Below, in pieces: positions 47,822-59,251 of a stretch of DNA of 64,000 nt. The position numbers and the translations under genes are program-made. A model generated the notes under the pieces. The model had not been told where the DNA came from. It was given only the letters and a program-made list of their open reading frames with translations, and did not search any database. The stretch lies in contig BCKZ01000026.1 of the NCBI GenBank assembly GCA_001600815.1, forward strand, positions 62,001 through 126,000. The letters are read 5' to 3'. The DNA comes from Alloascoidea hylecoeti. Taxonomy: Eukaryota. Position 1 is the first letter of the stretch. Every line of letters begins with the position of its first letter.

Positions 47822-49010
47822 ATGTCCTTAAAGAAAAAACTTAAGATGGCATTAGATTCTGTTTCTGATCTCCCTCATGGAATATCTGAAATAATCTTCT
47901 TGAATTTGCCACCAAGAAACTTTACTTAACTGTAGAAAAGTATGTAAAACATGAAAACAAATAGTTGATAATGATGATATATGGAAATCGAAGTTTCAAG
48001 ATCAAAAATCTTGGGAATACTATAATGATGATTCAGAAACAGATTCATGGTATAAATTATACAAAGAACGCTATCTCTTGGAACTAAATTGGAAAAATGA
48101 TAAATTTACAGAGTATAGATTAAGTGGTCATTATGTCCAAACATTTTGTGTTAAAATTTTTAAAAACTGGATTATAACTGGTTCAGAAGATTGTACAATA
48201 AGAATTTGGGATAATGAAACCTTTAAATGTTTAAGAATATTAGGAAAATCAAAATTGAATTCATCAGAAAATGTGTGTTAAAGTTAATAGAAAAGAGTGA
48301 TGCCATGACTCATTTCAGCGATGTTATTGGATATTAATGATAAATATTTGGTTTCTGATTCATTAGATGGTTCTTGTATAATTTGGACACCATCGGATTT
48401 TAAACCAGTAGGTCGTCTGATGATGCCAGATTCACTGTATATTGCTTTATAGAATAATTATATTGTATGTGGTAATGGTAACTATATATTTGGGAAATCA
48501 ACCCTTTAGAATTTGGAACATCAACTAAAGTTTAATTTACAATTCCTTATAAAAGAAGATGAAGGCTAGATTGATTGTATTTGCATTCATAATAGTATTA
48601 TATATAGCGAAGAATCTGGAGCTATAAGATCCTAAAATATTGAAATTGGTCAAATAATCCAAGAATTTCGATTCTATGCTGTGAATTCCTTTGCTGATCA
48701 ATAATTATTTGTTAGTACTGGTGATTCCCACAAATTAATGGTTGTGAATTTACAAACAAACAAAGCAAACACTTTATCAAATCGAGATGTAGACAATTTA
48801 AGTATAAAAATGAATGGACTAATTTAAGTTTATTTTGATACCATTAAGATTTGGGATCTAAATGATCTAAATGATCTAAAATTATTTAAAGAATTTGAAG
48901 CTTCACCAATTGATGCTGATTCGAAAAGGATAGCTGTTTTAGCTTATCATCATGTTTTAATTTATGATTTCACTGATAATTTAAGGAAACAATATTCAAA
49001 ACATACATAA
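47822..49010 (+). pseudogene. F-box/WD40 (Cdc4/Met30/beta-TrCP-type architecture) pseudogene
   Basis: DSVSDLPHGISEIIFLNL[frameshift]QETLLNCRKVCKT*KQIVDNDDIWKSKF...WYKLYKERYLLELNWK...LSGH...WIITGSEDCTIRIWD...LVSDSLDGSCIIW...IKIWDL...DADSKRI...LIYDF. Likely TGG->TGA at 47952-47954; further stops and frameshifts. Confidence 0.85.
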
Positions 49011-49814
49011 TTTATTGAACATTTAATAATTTTTTTAACAATCTTTTCGATGAGTCCTCCGCATTCAGCTGTATATATGTACTTTCAAAGGGTTCAGTCG
49101 TGTTTTTTCTAACAATTTATTTCAAAACTTCTTCAGAATTGAGAGCTAATATAAACCTATCTTTTTAAAACTAGCAAGTATGTTTATGGAGGTGATTTTG
49201 GCGCTTATCATATAGTTCTAATAAGTCAGCTATTTGAACACGGAATTTCTAGCCATGGAAAAGTAAATTATTGGAGTCATACTTTTTGTGTGGCTTGAAG
49301 GGAGATTCTCTTGTGCCTTCACTTAAGATTAGCACCTTTTATAAACGTAACGAATAATTTTGTTAAATTTTAAAAATTATTTTATATATAATCTTATTCT
49401 AAATTTAACCAAATGTCATTTTGGAAATTTAAAGCATTCTACTTCTTTTCAATACATTAGTTTGTAGAGGTTCTCTTATTTAACTCCTTCTATGTACTCA
49501 TGTTCCGGATATCTATAAGATTTTATACCACTATATATTGTAGAATTTTCCCTAATAATAAAAGTTATTACGGCTATTAACTGCAGCTATTTTGACAAAT
49601 ATATTCGATCGTTATATATTCAACTATTATATGACAATTGTGAGGATATATTTAACTTCACATTGATTTTAGTTCTATAGTATTAAATTAAGCAAGTCAG
49701 GATTTGCTGTCCAGACTCCAAAATAATATAGAATTTTACTATATATATAACTATAGGCCTATATTGCGATTGTATTTATTTACAACTTGCATACACCTAG
49801 GCCTATTATATGAA

Positions 49815-49821
49815 TCACGTG
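49815..49821 (+). promoter_or_regulatory. E-box TCACGTG (Cbf1-type bHLH site) upstream of HST4
   Basis: Exact motif about 180 bp upstream of the ATG. Confidence 0.35.
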
Positions 49822-49996
49822 GCGATGACCTTTTCCGGTTCTCATTTTACCCTGTCGGTCCTCAAATGTTTACTTCAAACCCTTTTTCACTTCACCTTAT
49901 TTGTTTTAGAACTATGAAAGAATCGATCGATTAAATTAATAAATTATCTGGGAACGAGAATTAAAATTTATATCCCCTCAACTAAAAATCCATAAG

Positions 49997-51673
49997 ATGA
50001 ATTTCTCTGTTACTGATGGAGGTTTATCTCCAGCTCTTTCAGTTAACAATTCCAATGAACTTTCTACAGACTTTTCACGAGACACAATCAAAGATAGGAT
50101 AATAAAAGTTAAACCCGAGACATGTTCTGGGATTTTGACCCCTCCATCGCCACAAGAAATGTCGAAACCCAACTTGAGTCTCAAAGTTGAAAAATCAAAC
50201 GTAAATGATATCAATAATATCAATGATCAAATCAATAATATCAAATCTACCCCATTATCCCTAAAACCACAGATAAAGAAAACATCACACCGAAGAAAGC
50301 CAAAATGTACATATAGACCAGAATTAGAAACGTCATTAGACTTATCTATGTTTAACTCAACTGATTATAAATTCGATCAACTTTCTAAATCAAATATCTC
50401 TAAAGACGATTTGGGATATCTTCATTATATCTTGAAAAACTCAAGAAAATTAATTATTATAACTGGTGCTGGCATCAGTGTCGCTTCTGGGATTCCAGAC
50501 TTTAGATCATCAACAGGTTTATTCACAAAATTAAAATCTGATTTAAATTTAAAAAAGACATCCGGTAAAGATTTATTTGATTGTAATGTTTATAGAGATA
50601 CAAACATGACAGGAAAATTTCATACAATGATGAGGGATTTATATCATTTATGTGAGACGGTTAAACCAACAAATTTTCATAAATATATGAGCGAAGTGGT
50701 TACTGAAGATAGATTATTACGACTTTATACTCAAAATATTGACTGTTTAGAAACTTCATTACCTGGCTTACAGACAACAGTTCCACTGAGACAATCTCAA
50801 CCATGGCCGAAAACTGTACAATTACATGGTTCAATATCTCATATGATTTGTTCAAAATGTGGTTGGTTAGCACCTATGAATCCTGATCTTTTCATACACG
50901 ATGAAGCACCAGACTGCCCTGAATGTACAGAATTAGAAAATGTAAGGGGTATTGTTGGAAAAAGATTACAAGGAATCGGAAGATTACGTCCAAGAATTGT
51001 TCTATACAACGAACTTCATCCTGATAGTGAGCTTATTGGAAAGATATCATCCACTGATTTACACTCAAGACCTGATGGATTAGTCGTCGTAGGAACAACA
51101 TTGAAAATTCCTGGGGTGAAAAGATTAGTGAGAGAATTATCACATGCCGTCCATGCTGCAAAAGGTGGTGTTATTTGGTTGAATGTAGAAGAACCTAGAA
51201 TCAACAAGAAAGAATTTGAAAATTGTTTTGATTTGATTGTTAAGGGTGATTGTCAATTAATTCCTCAATTATTAGATGATTATGAAGTTGATAAACAAAT
51301 AAGAGATAAATCTGCCAAGGCAGAAAAAAGGAAACTGCAAGCACTCGAAAGAAAGAGATTAAAGGAATTAACGAAGAATAACATAAATGACAATAAAAAA
51401 CAGACTCTGATTAACTGTAAAGACAAACAAAACATTAATATTCCAATACCCATACAAGACACTAATATTCCAATAATATCCAAACCTGTTTTACCGTCAA
51501 AACATGCAACTATCTCAACACTTACTAAGATACATCAATGTAAATCGAATAAGGCAAAAGTATCTAAACAATCAATTCATACACATGGGGGTTTGGTAGT
51601 TGGAAATAAACGAATTCGATATCCAAAGGTAAAGAAACCAGTATCAGAAAAACCAGTTTTAACCAATTCCTAA
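49997..51673 (+). CDS. HST4: Sirtuin (Hst3/Hst4 class) NAD-dependent deacetylase
   Basis: ITGAGISVASGIPDFRSSTGLF, YTQNIDCLE, VQLHG, CSKC...CPEC, LRPRIVLYNE, VGTTLKIPGV; near MSS116/VPS64 as HST4 is in S. cerevisiae. Confidence 0.87.
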   Translation: MNFSVTDGGLSPALSVNNSNELSTDFSRDTIKDRIIKVKPETCSGILTPPSPQEMSKPNLSLKVEKSNVNDINNINDQINNIKSTPLSLKPQIKKTSHRRKPKCTYRPELETSLDLSMFNSTDYKFDQLSKSNISKDDLGYLHYILKNSRKLIIITGAGISVASGIPDFRSSTGLFTKLKSDLNLKKTSGKDLFDCNVYRDTNMTGKFHTMMRDLYHLCETVKPTNFHKYMSEVVTEDRLLRLYTQNIDCLETSLPGLQTTVPLRQSQPWPKTVQLHGSISHMICSKCGWLAPMNPDLFIHDEAPDCPECTELENVRGIVGKRLQGIGRLRPRIVLYNELHPDSELIGKISSTDLHSRPDGLVVVGTTLKIPGVKRLVRELSHAVHAAKGGVIWLNVEEPRINKKEFENCFDLIVKGDCQLIPQLLDDYEVDKQIRDKSAKAEKRKLQALERKRLKELTKNNINDNKKQTLINCKDKQNINIPIPIQDTNIPIISKPVLPSKHATISTLTKIHQCKSNKAKVSKQSIHTHGGLVVGNKRIRYPKVKKPVSEKPVLTNS

Positions 51674-51899
51674 TTTGTGAACTGTTTCATTTTGAATTGA
51701 TTATAGACTAATATTTGATCGTATAAAATATTTATTTTGTTTACAGAAATTTAATGTATATATATATGTAAAAAAAAAAACTTTGTATATATCTATACTT
51801 AATTATAATGGATATCATGAATAGTCATTGTTTCAGATGTAATTGTTATTTAAAATTACATGGTTCCAACTAAAAATGTCTTCGAATTTATAATTAACA

Positions 51900-52545
51900 T
51901 AGTTTAGGAAATGGTACTCTTGAATATATGGTAAATTGAACCCAACTTGATCCAGAATTAAAAAAAATTCCTCCGCTTTTTTTTTTTAATTTTAATTTTT
52001 TATCGTGTCAATACTAATCTACAATTTTTAATTAGCTATTCTCACAGCTTTTTGAATTAGACTTATTTGTGTTTGTGGTAATGGCCAAATTTCACAGTTG
52101 TAATTGAGGCGAATATAAATAAAGGTGTTTATCAATCTGATCCGATCTGATAATGGAAGGTCTCGTATAAACACCTTATTTAGCTGTTCCTTGATATCTT
52201 TCAATCTAGTTTTCCAATTAGGAATAAGGATGGATACCTCAAGATGAACAAAACCTATTTTTATGTTTTGAACTTGATATAGAAGGGGTAAATGGAAACA
52301 GGGTACCGGATTACACAAATAAAGGGAAGATTTGATTTTGTTGACTTTCGTATTCGAGAATTTGGAAAATGCTTGTAGGATGCTTTTGAGGGGTGTGGTG
52401 ATCATGCAGATTTCGCAAAAAGACGCTGAGATCATCGGTGCGAATGATATTATTTTATATTTGTTTGTCACAAGAGTGATACCTTCTACTTTTAAATACA
52501 GGTGAACGGCCAAGGGTTCCATAGATAGGATAAAGCATCTGTAGA
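51900..52545 (-). mobile_element. L1/Zorro-like non-LTR retrotransposon RT relic
   Basis: MEPLA...VEGITL...KIISFA[+2 nt]DDLSVFL (FADD restored by removing 2 nt near 52437-52438), FSKFSNTKVNKIKS, DRIRLINTFIYIRLNY: L1 RT domains 4-7 and thumb. Confidence 0.8.
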
Positions 52546-52813
52546 CTCTTTTTTTTCAACTCTTTTTTTTCAAGTGGTCATTAAGCTCTATATCAAACTT
52601 CTATATCTATAAATACTATATTTCTCACAACCAAAAAATTGTATATTACTAATACTATAGGTTCACTCTTTTTTTGAGTAATGTTGTTACTTTTTATAGT
52701 ATTAATGTTACCATTTCCTACTTTAATCAATCAATACTAATAAATGATATCATCTGTACATGTAGACTCGGATTAGATCCCAATGAGTTTTTCCAAAAAT
52801 AAAAAAATTAAGA

Positions 52814-52909
52814 CGTCACGGACAAGATTCGAACTTGCGCAGGCATAGCCCAATGCCTCAACTACTATCAAATAGCAGGGCATCGCCTTAACCACTCGGC
52901 CACCGGGAC
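52814..52909 (-). tRNA. tRNA-Ser(GCT) with 14-nt intron (52872-52859)
   Basis: GTCCCGGTGGCCGAGTGGTTAAGGCGATGCCCT-GCT-A[intron]AGGCATTGGGCTATGCCTGCGCAAGTTCGAATCTTGTCCGTGACG; A/B boxes, long variable arm, downstream T-run. Confidence 0.96.
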
Positions 52910-53475
52910 CAGACTTTGCTAACAATATTAAACAGCTTAATAATAACCTCTCTTTCTATATCTTTTTTGGGAAATAAGAAGAAAAAAAAAAGAGGTTTTT
53001 ATTTCACTATATATAGTAGAGATTTCCTCAGAATTTACATAGTTTCTAGTTATATAATTTAATTGGAAAATATATGAAAAGTTAAAAAATAAAAAAAAAA
53101 GGGGTTCAAAGTTCAACATTAAAAAGAACTCAACAAACTGTAATACATTTAAAATATCCTCAATTACATTAGAAACCCTTATGTAGAAGTTAAAGAAAAA
53201 TTCCCTAATCATGATGTTTTTAAAACTCGTGATAACAATAAGTTTGAATATATATATATAGAGGGAATCTTATACTATCATATATAGTTAATTAATACAA
53301 TCAACACCGTTACATTATTCATTTTATATACGTATAAATAATACATGTCAATAATCAAAAACTACACAAATTCATTAAATAGCAAAATTATCACAAGTAG
53401 ACAAAAATATACTATTTCTTCATTTGATTTTCCTTTATCTTGTGCCATGGACAATATTTTGAGAATGTAATATTT

Positions 53476-53910
53476 TTAAATTTGATTCGCGCAATAGGGA
53501 TCATAAATTTTTAATGTATATTGGGTATTTTCTTCTAATGGAAGGGAAGATACACCATTATCATCACTCATATCTTCTAGGGTGTTTTTAGAAACTATAA
53601 GAACTTGAGAGTGATACTTTCTGTGGCGTGAATATTGCACCATTAATTTCTCCAATTTCGACGGAGACAAAGCATCTTTATTTAAACATAAATCTCTTCG
53701 TATAAAACTTATTATTTTTCCGTCCAACTGTTTCTCTAGAAGATGATGGATCTGTAATCTGTATTGTGTAGCTTCTAGTTTTGCTTCCTTGGTATTAATT
53801 GTCAGTACATCTGAAAGAGTTTTTATTGAATTTTCCACTTTTTCTTGTGTATGTGTTTCAAAAAATCTGATTATTTTCATAGCAACAAATCGCCAAGAAA
53901 TATACAACAA
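53476..53910 (-). other. Unassigned 144-codon ORF, possibly a gene fragment or relic
   Basis: Coding-like composition, no recognisable motif; ORF-track start is TTG and the first ATG is ten codons in. Confidence 0.25.
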
Positions 53911-54516
53911 TTGGATAGATATGAGTGATACATACGAGACAATTCGTCATGATCAGTTGAACACTACTTAAAGCTGGATTATGAGGCAGACATAGTAGCT
54001 CATTAGGCTGATATATATTTAATCACTATAACACCAATAATTTTACTTAAAAAAAGACATTCAAATTTCTTGAAATCCCTTATAATTAACTGCAATCCAC
54101 CTTTTCGTTTTGTACGCTAATACATAATTATAAGTCATATATCATTAAACATCTTATGGAATAGAATCAACAATATAAATTATTATTAGACAAGAAATTT
54201 ATAGACGTATATTGAATTTTGGTTTTCAGTTAAATGTTATCAGTTCACTTATAGTAATTAGGTAATTTCTCTTCAATGTGTAGATTTGAATAAATTATAG
54301 GAGGAGATTTATGAAAGTTTAAAAAAAAGATAAAAAAAATATAGTAACTTTCTACAACATCTCCTGCAAGATATAATAGCAATAAATCATTTCATTTACA
54401 GGGAGTCAAACAATCAAACACCGATTTTAAGCGAATATTCTATAGTAAAACAAGTATTAAAACCCCATATAGTTCAAAGAAATTAAAAAATAATTATTCT
54501 TTATTAATATATGTTA

Positions 54517-54902
54517 TCATAAAGAGATAACAATGTTGTCTAAATCAATTTTCTCTTCATTTGATTTGACTTCTTTTATTTTCCCAGTCCAAACAGTAGG
54601 ATGCTTATTATATTTAGGCCAAGGTGGAACAGTCAAAACCATAATGAAAAAAGTGGTAAATGTAAAAACAGCTACTAGATTAACCATGCTTTGTGTTACT
54701 TGCCCAATTACAAAAGAAAGAAGAGTTCCTGCTATAAATAACCACGTTGATAATTTATCTGTGAGTTTTTGCGATGGATAGTCCTAGTAAACAAATTAGG
54801 TTAAAATGTAAGTGATTAAAAAATTATGAACATTACTCATACAATTGATCCCTCAACTAATTCCTGAAGTTTTTCTTGAAGTGTTTCTAGTATTTGATCC
54901 AT
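54517..54902 (-). CDS. SPC1: Signal peptidase complex subunit Spc1/SPC12; exons 54902-54843, 54783-54517 (108 aa)
   Basis: MDQILETLQEKLQELVEGSI|DYPSQKLTDKL, two TM segments, then VLTVPPWPKYNKHPTVW; 59-nt GTATGA...TAG intron with CCTAAT branch. Not in ORF track. Confidence 0.9.
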
Positions 54903-55038
54903 TATATATTGTGTTATAGAATATTTGCAATAATACTTAAAAAAGGACAGGTGTGGATCGCAATGCTAGAGGTGTATGGGTGTGATATCCAAACACAAAA
55001 AGAATTTTTTATTAGTAATTTTTTTTATCGATAGATTT

Positions 55039-55048
55039 AAATTTTTCA
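55039..55048 (-). promoter_or_regulatory. RRPE element (TGAAAAATTT) in the SPC1/NMD3 divergent promoter
   Basis: Exact ribosome-biogenesis motif about 100 bp upstream of NMD3. Confidence 0.6.
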
Positions 55049-55143
55049 GCAACTTTTTCTTTCCCCTTTTTTCCCATTACTATATTTAATTCTTCATATA
55101 CATTATTTACTTTTTCATACTGTTATTATAAAGTGTTATAGAA

Positions 55144-56760
55144 ATGTCATCTTATAATTCTGAAAATGTACAGGCTTTAGATGTTAACCAACACTACAGT
55201 CAATCTGAATTTCAACAGCAATATCAACAAGAATACCAACTACAGCGACAAAATCAAGCAGTTTCCAGGGTACTATGCTATAACTGTGGTGTTTCAATGG
55301 ATGGATCTTCTGGACTCACAATTTGTTCTGATTGTATCTCTTTAACAGTTGATATAACAGAAGGTATACCTAGGCAATCGAGCGTTACATGGTGCAGAGA
55401 TTGTGAAAGGTACTTGCTACCTCCACAAAGATGGGTTCGTGCTGCTTTAGAATCTCGTGAATTGCTAGCTATTTGTCTTAAAAAGCTTAAAGGTCTAAAT
55501 AAACTACGATTAATTAATGCCAATTTTATCTGGACGGAACCACATTCACGTAGAATCAAATTGAAAGTTACAGTACAAGGTGAAGCAATGAGTAATGCCA
55601 TTATTGAACAAAGTCTGGATGTTGAGTTTCTTGTTAATGCTATGCAGTGCCCTGATTGTGCTAAATCATATACAACAAATACATGGCGTGCAAATGTTCA
55701 AATTCGTCAAAAGGTTCCTCATAAGAGAACATTTTTGTACATTGAACAATTGATTTTAAAACATAATGCACATTTGGATACTATTTCAATCCAAGAATCA
55801 AAAGATGGGTTAGATTTCTTCTACGCTCAAAAGAATCATGCAGTTAAGATGTTGGATTTTCTAAGTGAAATTGCGCCAATCAAATACCAAAAATCACAAG
55901 AGTTGATTTCACAGGATTCACATACAGCAGTTAAGTTGTATAAATTTTCATTTTCAGTTGAAATCGTGCCAATATGTAAAGATGATTTGGTCGTATTACC
56001 ATTAAAACTGGCTCGAAGTCTTGGTAATATTTCACGATTGGTTTTATGTTCTAAGATTACAAATTCTATTCAATTTTTAGATCCATTTACCTTACAGACT
56101 GCAGATTTAACTGCAAATGTTTATTGGAGGAACCCATTCTCGTCATTGGCTAACGTTACAGAATTGGTTGAATTTGTTATTTTAGATGTCGAACTAACGG
56201 GGACTACAAAAGGACGTTATGCACTTGCTGATATTACATGCGCTAGATCAGTTGATTTAGGATCTAATGATCAAACATATTATATTCGATCACATATGGG
56301 TGGGATTTTACATCCTGGTGATGAAGCAATGGGTTATTTCACGGCCAATTCCAATTATAATTCTGATTTGTGGGATTCTTTGGATACTGATAATACACCT
56401 GATATTATCTTAGTTAAGAAATCATACGCTGGTAGATCTAAGAAGAGATCTAGAAACTGGAAGTTAAAGAGAATGGCAATTGAGCATCCTGATATTGAAG
56501 CAGGTAAAGAGACTCGTCAACAGAAACAAGAAAAGGATATGAATGAGCGTGATTTGGAAATTTTCTTGCAAGAATTACAAGAAGATGAAGAATTGCGACA
56601 GACCGTTAACTTGTATAAAGCTCCTAACACACAAGTAAGAAATGACGATGACATGGATGACGAGGATGATGATGCACCACATATTAGTATCGATGAATTG
56701 TTGGAGGATTTGGATGATCTAACAATGAATGATAATGATGAAGCAATGTCAGATGTATAG
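55144..56760 (+). CDS. NMD3: 60S export adaptor Nmd3
   Basis: CYNCG...CSDC, CRDCERY, FIWTEPHSRRIK, QCPDCAK, QIRQKVPHKRTF, acidic C-terminus with NES-like ISIDELLEDLDDLTM. Confidence 0.97.
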   Translation: MSSYNSENVQALDVNQHYSQSEFQQQYQQEYQLQRQNQAVSRVLCYNCGVSMDGSSGLTICSDCISLTVDITEGIPRQSSVTWCRDCERYLLPPQRWVRAALESRELLAICLKKLKGLNKLRLINANFIWTEPHSRRIKLKVTVQGEAMSNAIIEQSLDVEFLVNAMQCPDCAKSYTTNTWRANVQIRQKVPHKRTFLYIEQLILKHNAHLDTISIQESKDGLDFFYAQKNHAVKMLDFLSEIAPIKYQKSQELISQDSHTAVKLYKFSFSVEIVPICKDDLVVLPLKLARSLGNISRLVLCSKITNSIQFLDPFTLQTADLTANVYWRNPFSSLANVTELVEFVILDVELTGTTKGRYALADITCARSVDLGSNDQTYYIRSHMGGILHPGDEAMGYFTANSNYNSDLWDSLDTDNTPDIILVKKSYAGRSKKRSRNWKLKRMAIEHPDIEAGKETRQQKQEKDMNERDLEIFLQELQEDEELRQTVNLYKAPNTQVRNDDDMDDEDDDAPHISIDELLEDLDDLTMNDNDEAMSDV

Positions 56761-57149
56761 AAATATATAATACATGATGTCAAATTATTCCTTTAAAAAT
56801 TAAGTTGACATGAGAAAAAGTAGTAACATTAATTACAGAAATAATAAAATTATAAGATTCCCCAGTATATAACGTCGAAAATGTTATTAAAACTTAATTA
56901 AGGGTTGAAATTTGTCCCTTGGGTCATCAAATTATTATGAATCTCTAATTCTTATTTTTCTTTTGATTTTGGTTTCATTTGTGATGCTTTATCAATTATG
57001 AACTCATAGTCATTCCCATAATTATCACTATAGGAATAGGAATGTATTATGGGCCATCTTGAGGGATCAATAATATAATATATAAGTTACTTATACTCAA
57101 ATTGTTTGTCTTCCCAAGTAAGGAGATATACTATAGATAATATTAAAAT

Positions 57150-57790
57150 ACCCAGTGAACCCATTTATGTGTACAGTACACCAAAAAGTATCGCACGACT
57201 TTTTATCGACTGCCGATTTCCCAAGAGTGTCATATGATGTCCATATCTAACAACTAAGCAACTTCAACTATAGTGGACAAAGAAGAGGTTTTCAAAGTAA
57301 GGAATAACGGGAGAGGAGATTAAGATGGCTGTGTTTTAAGGTCCAAATTAAAAGCGCTACATTTACCATTATAACTCGAGTATGACCTCTAAACATATAC
57401 CTAGCCTTACGTATACCGTAATAATAACAAATCTCACCAACCTCAAAAAAAAAAACATTTCATTACAATATACCAGAATGAAATTGCAAGCGCTGAAGCT
57501 CTAACCCGTAGAAATATTTGATCGGGGTTTGCAACAACTGATCCTTTTAATCGATACCACCAAATAGGCGAAAAAGAGGTGGGAGTAATCAAAAAATGAA
57601 AATTTCATTTCATATGAGGACTTACCTGAACAATGAAAATCCACCGAGGTTTTTTGAAGAGGCTTACGAAGCGTGGTCAAAAAAAAAATTGAAAACATAT
57701 GAGATATCGGATGTTCTTCATGGGGAATCGTTGATACAGGAGATTTTTAAAACCCACAGTTCTCGAAGATCCCCTAAAAACTATTCTAAA
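57150..57790 (+). mobile_element. LINE ORF2 C-terminal relic (zf-RVT-like)
   Basis: PKSIARLFIDCRFPKSV (57181-57231) resembles the ESIxHLFxxC knuckle end of L1 ORF2; PPRFFEEAYEAW further on. Decayed and rearranged. Confidence 0.4.
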
Positions 57791-59251
57791 TGAAATGCAG
57801 AATTCCACCATTATAAACAAAATTTCAGTTTAAACTAAACTATATAGAATTCAAAAATGAATATCAATTTGTAGAGACAATAGAAAACACTAGTAGGTAG
57901 TTTATCATCCGTATATTAGATTATAGAAGAGGATGAATTAAAAGGATTAATATTGTTAAACTAAAAGTACATACTCCAGTTCATCTCGTTTCCGTCCTAA
58001 TAACTATAATCATTTCTCTCATTTTAAATTCTATTCTTCCCGATGCTTATCGTTAGTTCCTAAAATCAATATCTTTATTCCTATTTAATTATCCTTTCCT
58101 AGACCCTTCTTATTTCTTATCATATATCAATTGCAATTTATCGCTATACAGCCACAATGAAACATCTAATATAGTGGCTGAACTAACAAGAAACGTTGAA
58201 GAAGAAAAGGATTATAACTTACATAATTCGAAGTGTTCCCTATGGTATCATTTTTGCACGTTTTGATGAATATATCGTGAAAGCTGTTAAAATGCAAAGC
58301 CCAGTTTAAATTAAATTAATTTTATATACAAATATAAATAATTACTATACACGGCACCAGTGCACTGCATATATGATTTATTAATGTAGGAACTTAGCTA
58401 TATCTACCGGTAGATGCGTTCGAATTCATCTGAAATTTCACGAAGTCAAATTTTTGGCTATGCTTAGCTCGTTTTCGGCTCACAAGTCTAGATAACTCGT
58501 TGATTATGTAAAGATGCTAGGGTAACTGTAAATAATGCTGATCATGTGACAGTTCTCTGTAGGGTGTATGGATGTCTCGGATCAGACTCAGCTCGCGACC
58601 TGATTTTGCCCTGAGCTTGCTCAAAGCTCATGAGTGACGACAATCAGACCGAGAGGATTCTTAATCGTTAGATAATTACAATTTACCATATGTATTCAGG
58701 TACTCTCACCGATGATTATTGCTTACAGGATTTTATGGGATCATGGTACTGATAAATACTGAGATTGATCGACAGGAAGACAATTACAAATTTTTAAGTG
58801 TTTAAGCTTTAAAGGTGTGATGAATATTCCAACCAATCCTAATGGTGCTGTAGCAAAACAAGGGCATTTCCTTGAGGTAACTTTAATCAGATTGCAAACG
58901 CACAGTGTAATTTTACGAGCCATCTTTATTATAAAATTATTTGCAACGGATCAATTGATTCTCCTGATTCCTGATCGTACGGCTGCCACGGCACAAGTTC
59001 ACCTGCATGTCACTGACAGGTTGTATAAAATATTGTTTAGGCGCTTACTACCTTATCTGTTTTTATTTGTCGAGTGAGCAATGATGGTTCAATCACTAAA
59101 AATGGTGTAAGATAACGTGCTATCGCCAAACTTTAGATATTATTATAGCAAGAAATTAAACCTTATTGATAAAATATCTTATTATATATATCTTTTTTTT
59201 TTCTTTATTTTTCACTCCATCTTTTTTTAAATTATCATATCACATCAAATA

